A stretch of DNA of 64,000 bases from Octopus sinensis. Taxonomy: Eukaryota. Below the pieces are notes generated by a model. It was not told the origin of the DNA. It saw nothing but the letters and a program-made list of their open reading frames with translations, and did not search any database. Within the stretch, counting starts at the first letter, position 1; every line of letters starts with the position of its first letter. Of this stretch, positions 41,464 to 55,295 are shown in pieces. Location of the stretch: assembly GCF_006345805.1 (NCBI RefSeq), contig NC_042997.1, forward strand, positions 10,230,001-10,294,000, read 5' to 3'. The position numbers were made by a program, and so were the translations under genes.

Positions 41464-41821
41464 GTTAGCAGCGTCGCTTTACTGGCACTTGTGCCGGTGG
41501 AACGTGAAAAAGACATTCGTGCGAGGTCGTTGCCAGTGCCGCTGGACTGGCTCCTGTGTCGGTGGTATGTAAAAAATACCATTTGAGCGAGGCCGTTGCC
41601 AGTACCACCTGACTGGCCCTCGTGCCGGTGACACGTAAAAGCACTCACTACAACTCTCGGAGTGGTTGGCGTTAGGAAGGGTATCCAGCTGTAGAAATGC
41701 TGCCAGATCAAGATTGGGGCCTGGTGCAGCCATCTGGTTCGCCAGTCTTCAGTCAAATCGTTCACCCATACTAGCATGGAAAGCGGACGTTAAACGATGA
41801 TGATAATGATGATGATGATGA
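41464..41821 (+). mobile_element. Non-autonomous RTE-related element with 65-66-bp tandem units and (GAT)n tail
   Basis: Units at 41491-41555 and 41556-41621 plus partial ones. GGTTGGCGTTAGGAAGGGTATCCAGCTGTAGAAA resembles RTE 5' UTRs. Ends GGACGTTAAACGATGATGAT. Confidence 0.75.
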
Positions 41822-41824
41822 TAT

Positions 41825-42070
41825 ATATAGTGAGAATTTACAAAAAATAAAAAACAAAAGACGAAGACGGGTGTGTAAATAACAAACAGATGTATTAGTT
41901 TAACGGTCGGGAAGTGAGAAAGTCTTTTGCGTTTCGAGCCTACGCTCTTCGACAGAAAGGAACACAGAAAGAAACAGGGAGAGGCAATAGAAAGGGTTTA
42001 GTGGCTAGCGATCTATCATGGCGAATATATAGACCAATTCAGCGCGGCAATGCAGTAAATGTTCGATCCG
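41825..42070 (-). mobile_element. Penelope-like pseudo-LTR, subfamily 1
   Basis: Reverse complement of 26510-26670. The 3' end abuts TATATATA. Confidence 0.7.
41924..41959 (-). ncRNA. Minimal hammerhead-like motif (U6 variant, cleavage triplet mutated)
   Basis: CTTT-CTGTCGA-A-GAGC GTAG GCTC-GAAAC-GCA-AAAG. Confidence 0.55.
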
Positions 42071-42522
42071 TTTCGCTCGCTGGCGGTGTTCAAAGTGTTA
42101 ATCGAACGTTTAATGTTTTTTTTTTCTTTTGTTTCTGTCTTTTACACACAGGAAAAGCTTCACAAGACAGAAATCAGTAACATCGTAGTTGAAAAAAATT
42201 ATCTATCATTTTGTGAGATGAATGTGTGATATCAGATAATTATGTCGTAGAATTAAAAGCGATTAAAAAAAAAAAGAGAGTGAAGAACACATACACAGAT
42301 ACACATTCACACATACACGCATATACACTCACACATACACATACACACTCATGTATGTATATACTACTAATGTGATTTAAAAGGTAAAGCTGAGAAAGAC
42401 TGAGAAAATTTTACTAATGTATTTGAGAAAGTAAATAGATAATCGTTAGAGTAAATAAGTATTGTATGTAAGTAGGTGAATTAATATATAATTTGGCAAG
42501 TTATTATTGGATATGACATATG

Positions 42523-42907
42523 GGAAGCACTCCGTCGGTTACGACGACGAGGGTTCCGGTTGATCCGAATCAACGGAACAGCCTGCTCGTGAAATTAACG
42601 TGTAAGTGGCTGAGCACTCCACAGTCACGTGTACCCTTAACGTAGTTCTCGGGGAAATTCAGCGTGACACAGAGAGTGACAAGGCCGGCCCTTTTGAAAT
42701 ACAGGTACAACAGAAACAGAAAGTAAGAGTGAGAGAAAGTTGTGGTGAAAGAGTACAGCAGGGATCACCACCATCCCCTGCCGGAGCCTCGTGGAGCTTT
42801 AGGTGTTTTCGCTCAATAAACACTCACAACGCCCGGTCTGGGAATCGAAACCGCGATCCTATGACCGCGAGTCCGCTGCCCTAACCACTGGGCCATGGCG
42901 CCTCCAC
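42523..42907 (-). mobile_element. SINE family B
   Basis: Near-identical to 14225-14616. Confidence 0.92.
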
Positions 42908-43248
42908 ATATGATATATAGCGATGAAATGAAGCGCCCCTGTTAGTCTGTCTTCGTAATTAGCCTGTATAACTGTCAATTGTACAGCTGTTTATTGCAAG
43001 TTATGTGGAAAGGGAGTGTGATGACCTACGTAAAGCGAATTTTTAGACGGTTAAGGTTTCGAGATGTCACTGAGAGGAGATAATGCCACTTAAAGGTATG
43101 TGTGTTTGCGCAAGTATATGCGTGCGTGCGTGTGTGTGTAAGTATAGAGGAAGATATTGCTAAATAGGTAGATTTAATCATACGCTCATATACATGTGTA
43201 AATGATTACACAATATAGACACTCTCACACTCATTGCACATATTTCTG

Positions 43249-43331
<83 letters not shown>

Positions 43332-43364
43332 GTCTGTTTATTTGTCTGTCCGTCTCTGTCTATA

Positions 43365-43411
<47 letters not shown>

Positions 43412-44159
43412 TATATATATGTGTGTGTGTTTGTGTGAGTGTCCCTATATCATGATTAATGCTTTATTTCATTGAACCCTCATTAGTCGTTCACAAGAGA
43501 ATCCATCAATCCATCATACATATGTGTGTGTGTGTGTGTAACTATTTAGACTTTGGGTATATGTTTATTACTATGTCGATTAAAGCACCCGAACAAGCTA
43601 AATCCGCAACTTGTTTCATTTTCCAAAAGGTTTGCAAAGCACCAGCAATAAAAACAAATTAGATGCTGCAAGTCTTGTTAGCATGATCGTGCGTCGTAAT
43701 GAAGAAGACTTTAGTAATTCTATGAGAGAATTTGTAATACTTGTGCTGTGGATGTAAATGCTTCTCAAGTTATTTGATGAATTAATTTTCTATGGAGTTA
43801 CTACATGTGAATTGCAAGGAAATACTTCTATCCGCGATAGAAGTACTACAAGATCTTTAATTTAACCTCGTGTATTTATGACGCATATGCATCTTCCAGT
43901 TTTTAATTACCGCTCGTTCTTAACCATCATTTAGTTTTGAAAACTGTTTATTAAGCACCGTTTAATTTATAAACACAGTTTTCTTTCAATAAATGTCATA
44001 ATTGCTCGTCGTAACTTATTCCACTCACAAGATAATCGAATTTGGACTCCCATGAAGTAATTACTTTCTATATTGCATGTCTTTGCGCAAAAATATGTAG
44101 CTGTTTTTTTAACAAAACGTCTGCTTCCTTGTTTATTTTATTTGCTTTCTTTCCTATCT

Positions 44160-44473
44160 TTCTTTCTCAACCACATGATCTCAGGTTCCGTCCCACTTCA
44201 TGGCACCTTAGTCAAGTCTTTTCTACTATAGTCTGGTGGCGACCAAAGCTGGATTTGGTAGTTAGAAATTGAAAGCCCGTCGTGTATATGTGTATATATA
44301 CATGTTTGTGTATGTGTGTGTATGTGTGTGTGTGTGTGTGTATGTGTTCTCTACCACCGCTTGACAAAAGGTGTTGGTGTGTTCACTTCCTAGTAACTAG
44401 CAAAAGACACCTACAGAATAAGTACTAGGCTTTTAAAAATGTCCTGGGATCGATTTGTTCGACTAAAATCCTT
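44160..44473 (+). mobile_element. SINE family C, degraded
   Basis: GGCACCTTAGTCAAGTCTTTTCTACTATAG, internal TG repeat, and AATAAGTACTAGGC. Confidence 0.75.
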
Positions 44474-44499
44474 CGGTAAAGGAAGTACAAGTAGGACAC

Positions 44500-45450
44500 T
44501 ACCACATATATTTGAGATGACCACCTGTGTTTCAAATCCCAGTCTTAAGTTTAAGTGCGAATGCTTCACACGCGGCATGCAGCTGTTCGTGCGGAATCGA
44601 AGCCCATTCCTGGCGCAGTCTTTCATTCAGAGCGTCGAGCAATGCATGAGGAGTGCTCGAGACCCTCGCCTCCAAAATGGATCAAACAGAAGAACCTAAC
44701 GGGTTGAGATCGGGGCTTCTTGCGGGCCATATATCCTTGCCTGTGAACGACGGAATGTTTTTCTGGATCCAGTGTTATGTCTGTTTGGAGCTGTGGGATG
44801 GTGCGGAGTTCTGTTGGAGACTCCAAGGCGCGCCTTGACAGTGCTCATTCGCCCATGCAAGCAGCTCAACTTCCAGAATGTATCGCTGGGTGTTCATTTT
44901 AACACCCCGACGGCACAAAGATGAGGCGAGACCTTCCAGTGGCTGTCACAGCCGCCCAAACCATAACTGACAGGATTTTGACGTTGATTTACGAGTCTAC
45001 CCCCGACGGAGCCCAGATACACTTCAAAATCAGTCATTCTGGTGGTTTACTATCTGTTCGATATCAAGTTTCTTTTCATCAATGAACATCAGGTTGCGCA
45101 GCGTGCCTTCAGTAATGTGACGCAGGATAAAACGACTTCTCTCCAGTCTCATGGCTTTATAAACTTGCGTGAGCTCATGACGACGGGTCATCTTGTAGGG
45201 GTTGGTCCTGACATCCTCCTTCATCTCTCGATACATTAATGTTCGTGTTATTCTTGATGGGGAAGCCAGTTTTCTGACAGAACGACGAGGATTTTGCCGT
45301 TTCTTTTCTCTGGTACTTTTGATAAACACCTTGCAAATACCGATAGAGCACAGAAAGTGTGCCTATAGCCAGCTGGAGGAGATGTTCACCCGGGGCTACA
45401 AGCTACAGTAACACCCACCCTTCTTGGTTAGCCATATTGAGATGGCAAAT
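44500..45450 (-). pseudogene. Tc1/mariner DD37D (maT-type) transposase pseudogene
   Basis: Reads FIDEKK (D1), VMVWAAVTATG, QQNSAPSH (D2 to N), and WPARSPDLNPLG (D3 to G). I count 37 residues between the D2 and D3 positions. Confidence 0.85.
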
Positions 45451-45459
45451 ATACCTCCC

Positions 45460-45640
45460 ATATATATATATATATATAAATGGCCATTTCTGTCTGTCTG
45501 TCTGTTACCATCTTACTGCCTAAACCCACCAACCAATCTTCACCAAATGTTGCAAACGTGTTACCCTAACAACCAGTTGAATAAGAGGCTAATTGGATTT
45601 CAATAAAAATCTAAAATGTGTCCCCTAGTGGAATTGAACT
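45460..45640 (+). mobile_element. Possible Helitron/HINE-like 5' end
   Basis: TATATATAAATGGCCATTTCTGTCTGTCTGTCTG...CCAACCAATCTTCACCAAA resembles non-autonomous Helitron 5' ends. No 3' hairpin or CTAG end was found. Confidence 0.4.
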
Positions 45641-45893
45641 AATTATATGATAAAATGAGAAGGATGAAAAGAGTGTTAGTGTGAGGGTGACTGACATCAG
45701 CTAAGGAATGACAACGTTGTCTAAGCGACACATTTGGACTTGTTGTCTCCTAAAGTCCTGTGCCGACGAATGCCTTGAGAGTGAATTGTGATGGTTGGAT
45801 AGTTGAGATGATAAACGTTAATACAGCTGTCATATGCACGTCACACGACATACATAATTTCGTAAATACATAGATACATGTATACACACACAG

Positions 45894-45929
<36 letters not shown>

Positions 45930-46653
45930 AGAAGTAACTTTTAAAACGCCGAGGAAGGAGAAAAATGTGTGTGTGCGGAATATATTGCTTTAATGAGAGA
46001 GGGGTTCTCTGGCTTTTCTGCTGTCCATCGCAAAGTAGTAATCGCACGCAGACACACATATATACATACATATGTCTACTATACACACTTTTAAACTCGT
46101 GATTACCTGTGTGTGCGTATTTAAATTTACGCGCGCGCGCGTTTGTGTCTGACGTCTTATAACTGTCTGTAGGGTCCTACTGTGAGATTTTAAAATGACG
46201 TCAAAATTTTCAAATTTGGTATATTGAAATAATTGTTAACTGTTTGTTCCAGAAAATTGCAGAAAAATGTTACTGTGGTTCAAAGTTTAATCATTTTACC
46301 TAATCAGAAAACAGGATTTGGAAGCTGGCATTTTCTGCAAGATAGCCGTCTATCACAAAATGAAAGCAAATCATTATGACGAGGAATTTTTATTAAACAA
46401 ACGAAGGCAAAGCATTACGACGGCCAAAGTTGTAAGAACTTCTGAAGTTTTAATAAGTTTTAATGAATAAAGTCATGTGAAACGGTCGAAGAAGCATGTA
46501 AATAATTTAAAAGAGACAAGTCCTTAACGAAGTTTTTTGAGAAAAATTGCACAAATCTGACCTGATCAAATGGCCTTTCTGTCGGGGAAGGCATGGTCTG
46601 ACATGGAATAAACAAAAATGTATATCAGACCGGCTATTCAGTTAGTATATATA

Positions 46654-46695
<42 letters not shown>

Positions 46696-46698
<3 letters not shown>

Positions 46699-46944
46699 CG
46701 TGACCGACCGGACTATCGGGTGTTGTGCATCATTTTGGGATGATGCCATCCTTCTGGCTAGGCGAGGAAGCCAATATCTTCTTTTAATGAATGCCCAGTT
46801 AACCATTTACAGATGAGTGAACCGGAACACAGTCAAATGAGTTTTTTTTTGCTCAAAAACGCAACGTGCCGCCTTAGACGGAATCGAACCCACGATTTAA
46901 CGATTGTGATTGCAACACACTGGCCTCTAGGTCACGCGCCTTCA
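46696..46944 (-). mobile_element. CORE-type SINE with a distinct tail (family H), degraded
   Basis: Head TGAAGGCGCGTGACC..GGGTTCGATTCC with CORE-like TTGAGCAAAA..GTTCACTCATCTGTAAATGG. Confidence 0.7.
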
Positions 46945-47000
46945 TATACACACACACACACACATACACGCACATACATACACTCACACGCTCACACAGA

Positions 47001-47051
<51 letters not shown>

Positions 47052-47083
47052 ACACACACCGGTATATATATATACCGGTGCAG

Positions 47084-47241
47084 CTAGGCGCAGGCATAGC
47101 TGTGTGGTAAGAAGTTTGCTTATCAACAACATGGTTCCGGGTTCAGTTCCACTGCGAGGCACGTTGACCGAGTTTCTTCTATTAGATCCTTGGACCGACC
47201 AAAGCCGTGTGACTGAATTTATACGCCAAGACTGGAAGAAG

Positions 47242-47245
<4 letters not shown>
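47084..47245 (+). mobile_element. SINE C, 5' half
   Basis: Head through GAAGAAGC, then (TA)n. Confidence 0.8.
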
Positions 47246-47335
<90 letters not shown>

Positions 47336-47370
47336 AGGCGTGATATGTGGAAGTGCAGACGTGGTTCTGT

Positions 47371-47735
47371 GGAGGCACAGGCGTGGCTGTGTAGTAAGAA
47401 GCTTGTTTCCTATTCACATGATTCCTAGTTCAGCCCCACTGTGTGGTACCTTGCGCAAGTATTTTCTACTCTAGCCACGGGCTGACCAAAGCCTTGCCAG
47501 TAGATTTGGTAGACGGCACCTGAAAGAAGCGCGTTGCTATATAAATATATATATGTACATATTCATGTGTGCGTCTTTGGTTTTTCTTTGGTTCCCACTA
47601 TTACTTGACAACCGATGCTGGTATGTTTACGTCCCTGTAAACCAGCGGTTCGGCAAAGGAGATTGTTGGCACAAGTAAAAGAATATTAAAGAATATTAAA
47701 GAATATTAAAGAATATAAAAGAATATAAAAGAATA
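47371..47735 (+). mobile_element. SINE family C with tail expanded as (AAAGAATAT[T/A])n
   Basis: Full head, body, partial 3' half and five 10-bp tail units. Confidence 0.85.
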
Positions 47736-48206
47736 TATATGTGTGTGTGTGTCTGTCTGTCTGTCTGTCTGTCTGCCTGTCTGTGTGTATGTATATATGG
47801 GTTCATATAACTATATCGCACAAATTTGAATCCCGTTTACAACCAGATATGATGAAGATACCAACTCACAAGAACGGTGTCTAGTGACAGGATATCAATG
47901 GTAGATACTTTTGTTTCTTTTCGTTTGTTTGTTTTTTGTATCTAGTATGAGTTTTAGCGTCACTCCCCTTTTCTTGATATACATATGTATATATATATAT
48001 ATATATATACACATACATGCATGCATGCATGCATACATACATACATACATACATACATACATACATACATACATACATACATACATACATACATAAATAC
48101 ATACATACATACATGCATACATACATACATACATAAATACATACATACATACATGCATTCATGCATGCATGCATACATGCATACATACATACATACATAC
48201 ATACAT

Positions 48207-48241
<35 letters not shown>

Positions 48242-48792
48242 TGCATGCATACATACATACATACATACATGCATACATACATGCATACATACATACTGTT
48301 GCTAAATTCCTTTGCAGCAATATAATAATCTTGCATATCATTGCGATATAATTATTCACTTATTACACTATCCTGTACTTGTCCTTGCTAAACCATTCGT
48401 AAGTGAGAATTTAATTTTCGGGCATTTTGCCGCTCAGCATTGGCTATTCTGTTGTACATAAACAGCGCCGTTTAGATTAGAAACATTCCGCAAATGTCAA
48501 TAATTAATCCAGTGATCACAGTACATATGCTGGAATGAAGTCGACTGAAACCAGATGGTATCTGTAAATTGGATATTGATGGCATATATTGTATTTCAAT
48601 CTAATTGGATTGTTTTTAGTGCGACTCTGTTTTAACTAATTAATCTCTGGAAATTTGATATTCTTCCTTTCTAGTTGAGCACTCTCGCTAAATTAGCTTT
48701 GCAATATATAATTCTCTGTAATAATGTCAAGTTTATATCGGCTGACGTAATGTATATATATATATATATACACTCACACATACATACATATT

Positions 48793-48907
<115 letters not shown>

Positions 48908-48920
48908 CAGTTAGATAGAC

Positions 48921-49015
<95 letters not shown>

Positions 49016-49155
49016 CAGACATTAGAAGGATACATACGTACAGGCACAATGCATACGTACATATATTATTGTTTGCTTTTGTCAAGTTACATATAAAACA
49101 ATTTAGCGTGTAACTGAAGGATTACTCAATCATTTTAGAAGTTTGTATATATACA

Positions 49156-49196
<41 letters not shown>

Positions 49197-49636
49197 CTGT
49201 GTGTAAAAAGAAAAGTTTGTCAATGACTTCGAAGTCACGGTTCCTTCACCGTCATCGAAGGATTTTCTTTGATTCTTTCCGTTTTCATAGTCTTTCGTGT
49301 AGGTCATTTTATGATAGACAGAGTAACATCTGCTGCTTTTCTTCTGCGCCAAAACTTGTTATAATATGAACCCAAATAACTCTCTTCACAGCAACTTTCT
49401 ATGGAGCCACACGCTGTAGGCAAATACTTTGCTTGTAACCTTTTCCATGGATTTCCCTTCTTACGCCATCGCTTTTCCTACCTATCTACAATGCACTCAC
49501 TCTAATTCATATTAGTAAATACGCAGGCAAACATACACACGCAACACACAAACATACACACATACACTACGCATATTTGTTTAGCACTTAATAACAGACG
49601 AAATCCTTCATATCTCATCAAACGCAGGAGGCTGCG

Positions 49637-50048
49637 CATAGGCGCAGGAGTGGCTGTGTGGTAAGTAGCTTGCTAACCAACCACATGGTTCCGGGTTCAG
49701 TCCCACTGCGTGGCATCTTGGGCAAGTGTCTTCTGCTATAGCCCCGGGCCGACCAATGCCTTGTGAGTGGATTTGGTAGACGGAAACTGAAAGAAGCCTG
49801 TCGTATATATGTATATATATATGTATGTGTGTTTGTGTTTGGGTGTCTGCGTTTGTCCCCCTAGCATTGCTTGACAACCGATGCTTGTTCGTTTACGTCC
49901 CCGTCACATAGCGGTTCGGCAAAAGAGACCGATAGAATAAGTACTGGGCTTACAAAGAATAAGTCCCGAGGTCGATTTGCTCGACTAAAGGCGGTGCTCC
50001 AGCATGGCCGCAGTCAAATGACTGAAACGAGTAAAAGAGTAAAAGAGT
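49637..50048 (+). mobile_element. SINE family C, full length, well conserved
   Basis: Complete head-to-tail match to the other C copies. Confidence 0.93.
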
Positions 50049-51187
50049 AAACGCAGAGAATAACTTATTTCGTGTGAAGTCCTGACTTGAGGACGCACTT
50101 TCTTCATTAGCGGCTCACAATTGTCGTTTCATCGGATATGACAGTGAACCCGCCTTTTCGTCACTTGTGATCTACCCAGGGATGATTTGGTAGCATATCT
50201 ACAACTCAATGACGAGCAGAGGGCAACTCTGTTGAAACTGCGAAGCAGTCAGATGATAAGAGACCCACTGACCAATTTTAGTTATTGTTCCTACTTCTTG
50301 AAGATGTTTTATGATCGAAGTGTGACATAAAGTTAACTGTTTAGCTATATTTCTCGTGAGGTTCGCTTTGGATTTTCCTCAACTACGGTATTTAGAAGCT
50401 TAGCTTTGACAGAACTCGATCAGCAAAATGAGGGAAATCTGTGAGAGAAAAATTTCTCAAGCAATTTCTGGCATATCCGGACACATACTCAGAGTGAATA
50501 TTTGTTACCGCTTCTATTGCGGAAGATCCCTTTCAATTCATACAGCATACAGTACCTTATACGGGTCTTATCTAAATTGATTTTAAAATGGTGAAATCGA
50601 GACGAATTTAACCACTGTGGTTTAAAATAATTTGCAAAAAGGAAAAGACACCAGATTGTAAAAGTTGATTTTACAATTTGTAAGAATTAAATTATAGTGT
50701 TTGAATGGAAAACGTTTTGTTGTAGCTAGGAAAGATCATTGTGTGAATAATAAACATACACGCTAGTTCTATCTTATGCAACCTTATAACCAATTATCTA
50801 GTCGATTGTTTCATTAATCGTTAGGTCAACCAAAGTCCTTTTGCCGCATTAGTGACTCATCAATGACATGCTTCTTCTAAGCCTACTTCGCTTCAAGTCT
50901 GTTCTGCTCCCAGGTTACAGGTTCTATATTTATACTTTTAGACTTCTGTGAATATGAGCGAGGGGGAGCGAGAAAATGAGAGAGTGTATATGTACCTGTG
51001 TGTTTCTGTGAAAGCTTTCATGCATGCATACTGGTCTGTGAGCATTATGAGTGTGTGTGTGTGTATGTGTGTAGTGTGTGTGTGTGTGTGTGTGTGCGTG
51101 TGTGTGTCTATGTGGTTGCACGTTTGTGAGATATGCGGGATCGTGTGAGAGAGATCGTGTATGAGTATTTCTCTATGTATGTGTGTA

Positions 51188-51242
<55 letters not shown>

Positions 51243-51360
51243 CATGCTAACGTTCATGTATATGTACGGTATGGATCTTTTGAAAGACGTGGGTGGCTAA
51301 ACGTGTATTTCTTTTATATATTTATCTATGGCTCACACACAAAGAAAGTCATTCATATAT

Positions 51361-51368
51361 TAATAATA

Positions 51369-51403
<35 letters not shown>

Positions 51404-51666
51404 CATTGTGTACAGTGCTCAGGTGCACTACAACTCATCTAAAGTGTATGTATAGTACATAGGGTAATGTACAAGCGTCAGGAAAAAAAACAGTGCATGA
51501 GTCATGACATACACATATGTGTATGAGTACGGAAGGGGGACAATCAGGTGTAGTTTCGGCGGATTTCGGAAAGCATGAGGGCCTTAAAGGATGCAGTGTC
51601 ATGGCAGTCAACAACTGACGCAGGCAGTTTGTTCCATGCATCAGCAACTCTGAGCGTGAAAAAATT
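51361..51666 (-). mobile_element. CR1-like LINE 3' end with (TTA)n tail
   Basis: The ORF track reads FFTLRVADAWNKLPASVVDCHDTASFKALMLSEIRRNYT. Homologous to 1781-2091. Confidence 0.82.
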
Positions 51667-52138
51667 TAAAAAACTAAAAAAAACACCAAAGGCATTAAGC
51701 ACAAAACAAATAGATAAATAATCAGTTCTCTTCAAAATGCATCAACACATTGAGTATATTTTTCTCCATATCTTGTTAATTGTAATTATTTCCAGTTTTG
51801 AGTTAAGGTTGTGTGTGTATCTGAACTTCGGTATAAAGGAAGGTCGTGTTCTAGAATTGAGTTTTCCATACTATGGAATTCTTTCAATCCCTAAACAATT
51901 ATATGGCTTGCATAAATCTGCTACGCAGCTTCTGAGTTCGTAATTGCTAGATTTCAGCATTACTCACTTTCTCTCCCAAAGACAAATGCAAAATTCCTTG
52001 AAGACACTTTGTGCAAATCACTGGGTTTAACGTAGTATGAAATTTGATGTGTTTATATGCCAGCGCCCGTGCGTGTGTGTGCAAAAACACTTACAGATTC
52101 ACAAACACGCCTACACACAGATACACACACTCATTTAT

Positions 52139-52199
<61 letters not shown>

Positions 52200-52201
<2 letters not shown>

Positions 52202-52599
52202 CTCTTTACTCTCTTTTACTTGTTTCAGTCTTTTGATAGCGGCCATGCTGGAGCACCGCCTTTAATCGAGCAACTCGACCCCTAACGATCCTATTCTTTT
52301 GTAAGCCCAGTACTTATTCTATCGGTCTCTTTTGCCGAACCGCTAAGTAACGGGGACATAAACAAACCAGCATCGGTTATCAAGCAATGCTAGGGGGACA
52401 AACACAGACACACAAACACACACACGCATACATATACATATATACGACGGGCTTCTTTCAGTTTCCGTCTACCAAATCCACTCACAAGGCTTTGGTCGGC
52501 CCGAGGCTATAGTAGAAGACACTTGCCTAAGGTGCCACGCAGTGGGACTGAACCCGGATCCATGTGGTTGGTAAACAAGCTACTTACCACACAGCCACT

Positions 52600-52601
<2 letters not shown>
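52200..52601 (-). mobile_element. SINE family C, full length
   Basis: Reverse complement of 49637-50048. Confidence 0.93.
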
Positions 52602-52639
<38 letters not shown>

Positions 52640-53388
52640 TCTGTATATAAATATATATAAATAGCCATATATGCGTCTATATACAAAGAAACACACAAGC
52701 ACTCACATGCATGTATGTATATATATAATTTAATAATCGTTTCATTTGGCTCCATGCAACATACAGTTTCGTAGGCTAGTCGAACGATCCTATCTCGTCA
52801 GGCTCGTATATATGTGTGAGTGTGTGTGTGTGTGTTTTAATTTTCTTTGTTCTTCCTCCTCATTTTGTGTGTCTGTATATGTATATATGTGTGTGTGTGT
52901 GTCTGTGTATACATACATACACACAAGCACGCACACACACACACAACCACACTAACATATACGTACGCACAAACTCTCTGCGGATATTAAAGTGCACTAT
53001 CTACGGTTTCTCATACAGTTAATTAAGTAGCATGGTTGTGCTGGAAAATATTAATGCTTCAGAATGTTATTAGAGAATGATACACGTATGAAGTTATGAA
53101 AGTCTTGCAGGATATCAGAATATGATTTAATACAGTACACTTGGCGCTGAAGTACGTCGATATGTAGGTGTTGACTGTTGTTGCTACTGGAGGAGATGGA
53201 ATAAACTGTCAGTGTTAATACTCTAGCGAGCTGAATAGCTGTCACTAAACTTTCTCTCCCCCATTGCTCATTGACAACAAAATTACTTTTTGATACTCAA
53301 CAGAACACGAGTTTTTGGCTGTACAGCAACATGTCACTGACTTGTATCTACATATGTGCCTCTTAGTATATGCATATATATATATATA

Positions 53389-53432
<44 letters not shown>

Positions 53433-54599
53433 TATGTGTGTGTGTATGTGTGTATGTGTGTGTGTGTGAGTGTGTGTGTGTGTATGTGTATGTGTGTATG
53501 TGTGTGTGTCTGTGTCTGTGTGTGTGCGTTCGTGTGTAAATACGTACGCACGTATGTATGTATATACGTTTGTATGTATGTATGTATGTATGTATATATG
53601 TATGCATGTATGTATATATGTATGTATGTATATATGTATGTATATATGTGTATGTATGTACGTATGTATGTATGTATGTATGTATGTATGTATGTATGTG
53701 TGTGTGTATGTATGTATCTATGTATGTATGTATGTAAACGTGTGTGTCTATATCGGCATGTATACATGTACGTGTCTATGTATGCCCACATTTTCACTCG
53801 TTTACAAACAGGCACTCTCATTCTATATGGAATTATAAACGTGTTTATTATCCGATCAGATTCCACTGAAGTCTCTCCTCGATGAAATTTCTATTTACTG
53901 TAATTTCTTACTGTTGATTCTCTTCCTCCTTTGAGGTTTGCATTCGTGGTGCGATTTTAAAATGATTTCTATGTAACTTGACCTCCACGAAAACGCACTG
54001 GGACTTTATAACCCCTTCATGTAATATTATCTAAGACCTATAAAATTCTAGGTCTTACTTTCACTGAACAGTTCAAGTCCATGGTAATCATTCAACAGCC
54101 TAATGTCTATCGATATTTATCATAATATAATACGTAAGATACAACAACGACGTGGATCATTATAAACATCATATAGGAATAAACGATACAAGCCGTATAA
54201 GAATATATTAATGGGATTTTAGGAAACATAACGATGTTTGTGCAATATTTAATATGTCAAATATTTTATTTTTACTTGTTTCTGTCATTGGCTGTGACCA
54301 TGCTTGAACACAGTCTTAGTCCAAAAAATCGACCCCACCATGCATGTATGTATGTATGTACAACATGTTTCTACAAAGTTTGTTTTCAGAAATTTCATGG
54401 ATTAGTTACTCCGAGTCTCTAGTATAAAGCTCTAGTATGTGGTGCCGGTTTGTATATGATAGAACCCGAGTTCTTTCAGTTGCGAAGTGAACTTTTCAGT
54501 CACACAGCGAAGGATAGTCTCAATTTAAGAAAATCTGATTCGTATTCTTTGACGATGGTCACAATAAAAAAAAACAGCAATGTAAAAAGAGAAAGAAAA

Positions 54600-55070
54600 A
54601 AACGGCTATGTGATAAGAAGCTTGCTTTCCAACCTCAAGGTGTTCCGGGATCAGTTCCACAGCGTGGTTCTTTGGATAGGTGTCTTCTACTATAGCCTCG
54701 GACCGTCCAAAGCCTTGGGAGTGAATGCAGCAGCAGAAGCAAAAAAAAAATACGTCGTATATATTCGGACTGTTGGCAATATTTTTTCCTTCTTCCTTTT
54801 CTTTTGGATATTCCCATGTCTCCTGTTTCCTATGTCTCCTGTTGCTCGAAACGTAAAACAACCGCTCTTTCTTTCCTTCTCTGAGCGCCTTATTAATACT
54901 TTGCATGTACCACATCGTTGCGTTGTTTTTTCTTATCTTTTATTCCCCTTTTTTTATTAATTACACACACACACACACATACACACACATGTGCGTGTGT
55001 GTGTGTATGAGTGTTTGTTTCCTAGCACGGCTGCAGCCTAAAGATTGAAACAATTACAAGATAAAAGACA
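54600..55070 (+). mobile_element. Degraded SINE C interrupted by a Penelope pseudo-LTR
   Basis: Head at 54600-54770 and tail-like GGCTGCAGCCTAAAGATTGAAACAATTACAAGATAAAAGA at 55028-55070. Confidence 0.6.
54770..54960 (+). mobile_element. Penelope-like pseudo-LTR, subfamily 2 (hammerhead 3' half GTTGCTCGAAACGTAAAAC at 54841-54859)
   Basis: Reverse complement of 55640-55832. Confidence 0.7.
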
Positions 55071-55263
55071 AAAAATGTGATCATAACAAAGTAGCCACTA
55101 GATTTTAAAAAATAGACAAAGAGTAGATAAAGGCAAAGCATTGGAACAGGCAAAGTTTGAAGAAATAACTGATTTTGTTTATTGAAAATGTTTAATACTA
55201 AGAAAAGATTTCAAATATAATGATATCTCTTAGATCTCTAAAATCCTTGTTTTGTATATATAC

Positions 55264-55291
<28 letters not shown>

Positions 55292-55295
<4 letters not shown>

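Noticed and set aside
47057-47080. Perfect 24-bp palindrome CACCGG(TA)6CCGGTG; also (CG)6 at about 46130
   Set aside because: Mostly self-complementary dinucleotide repeat, which is expected by chance at this microsatellite density.
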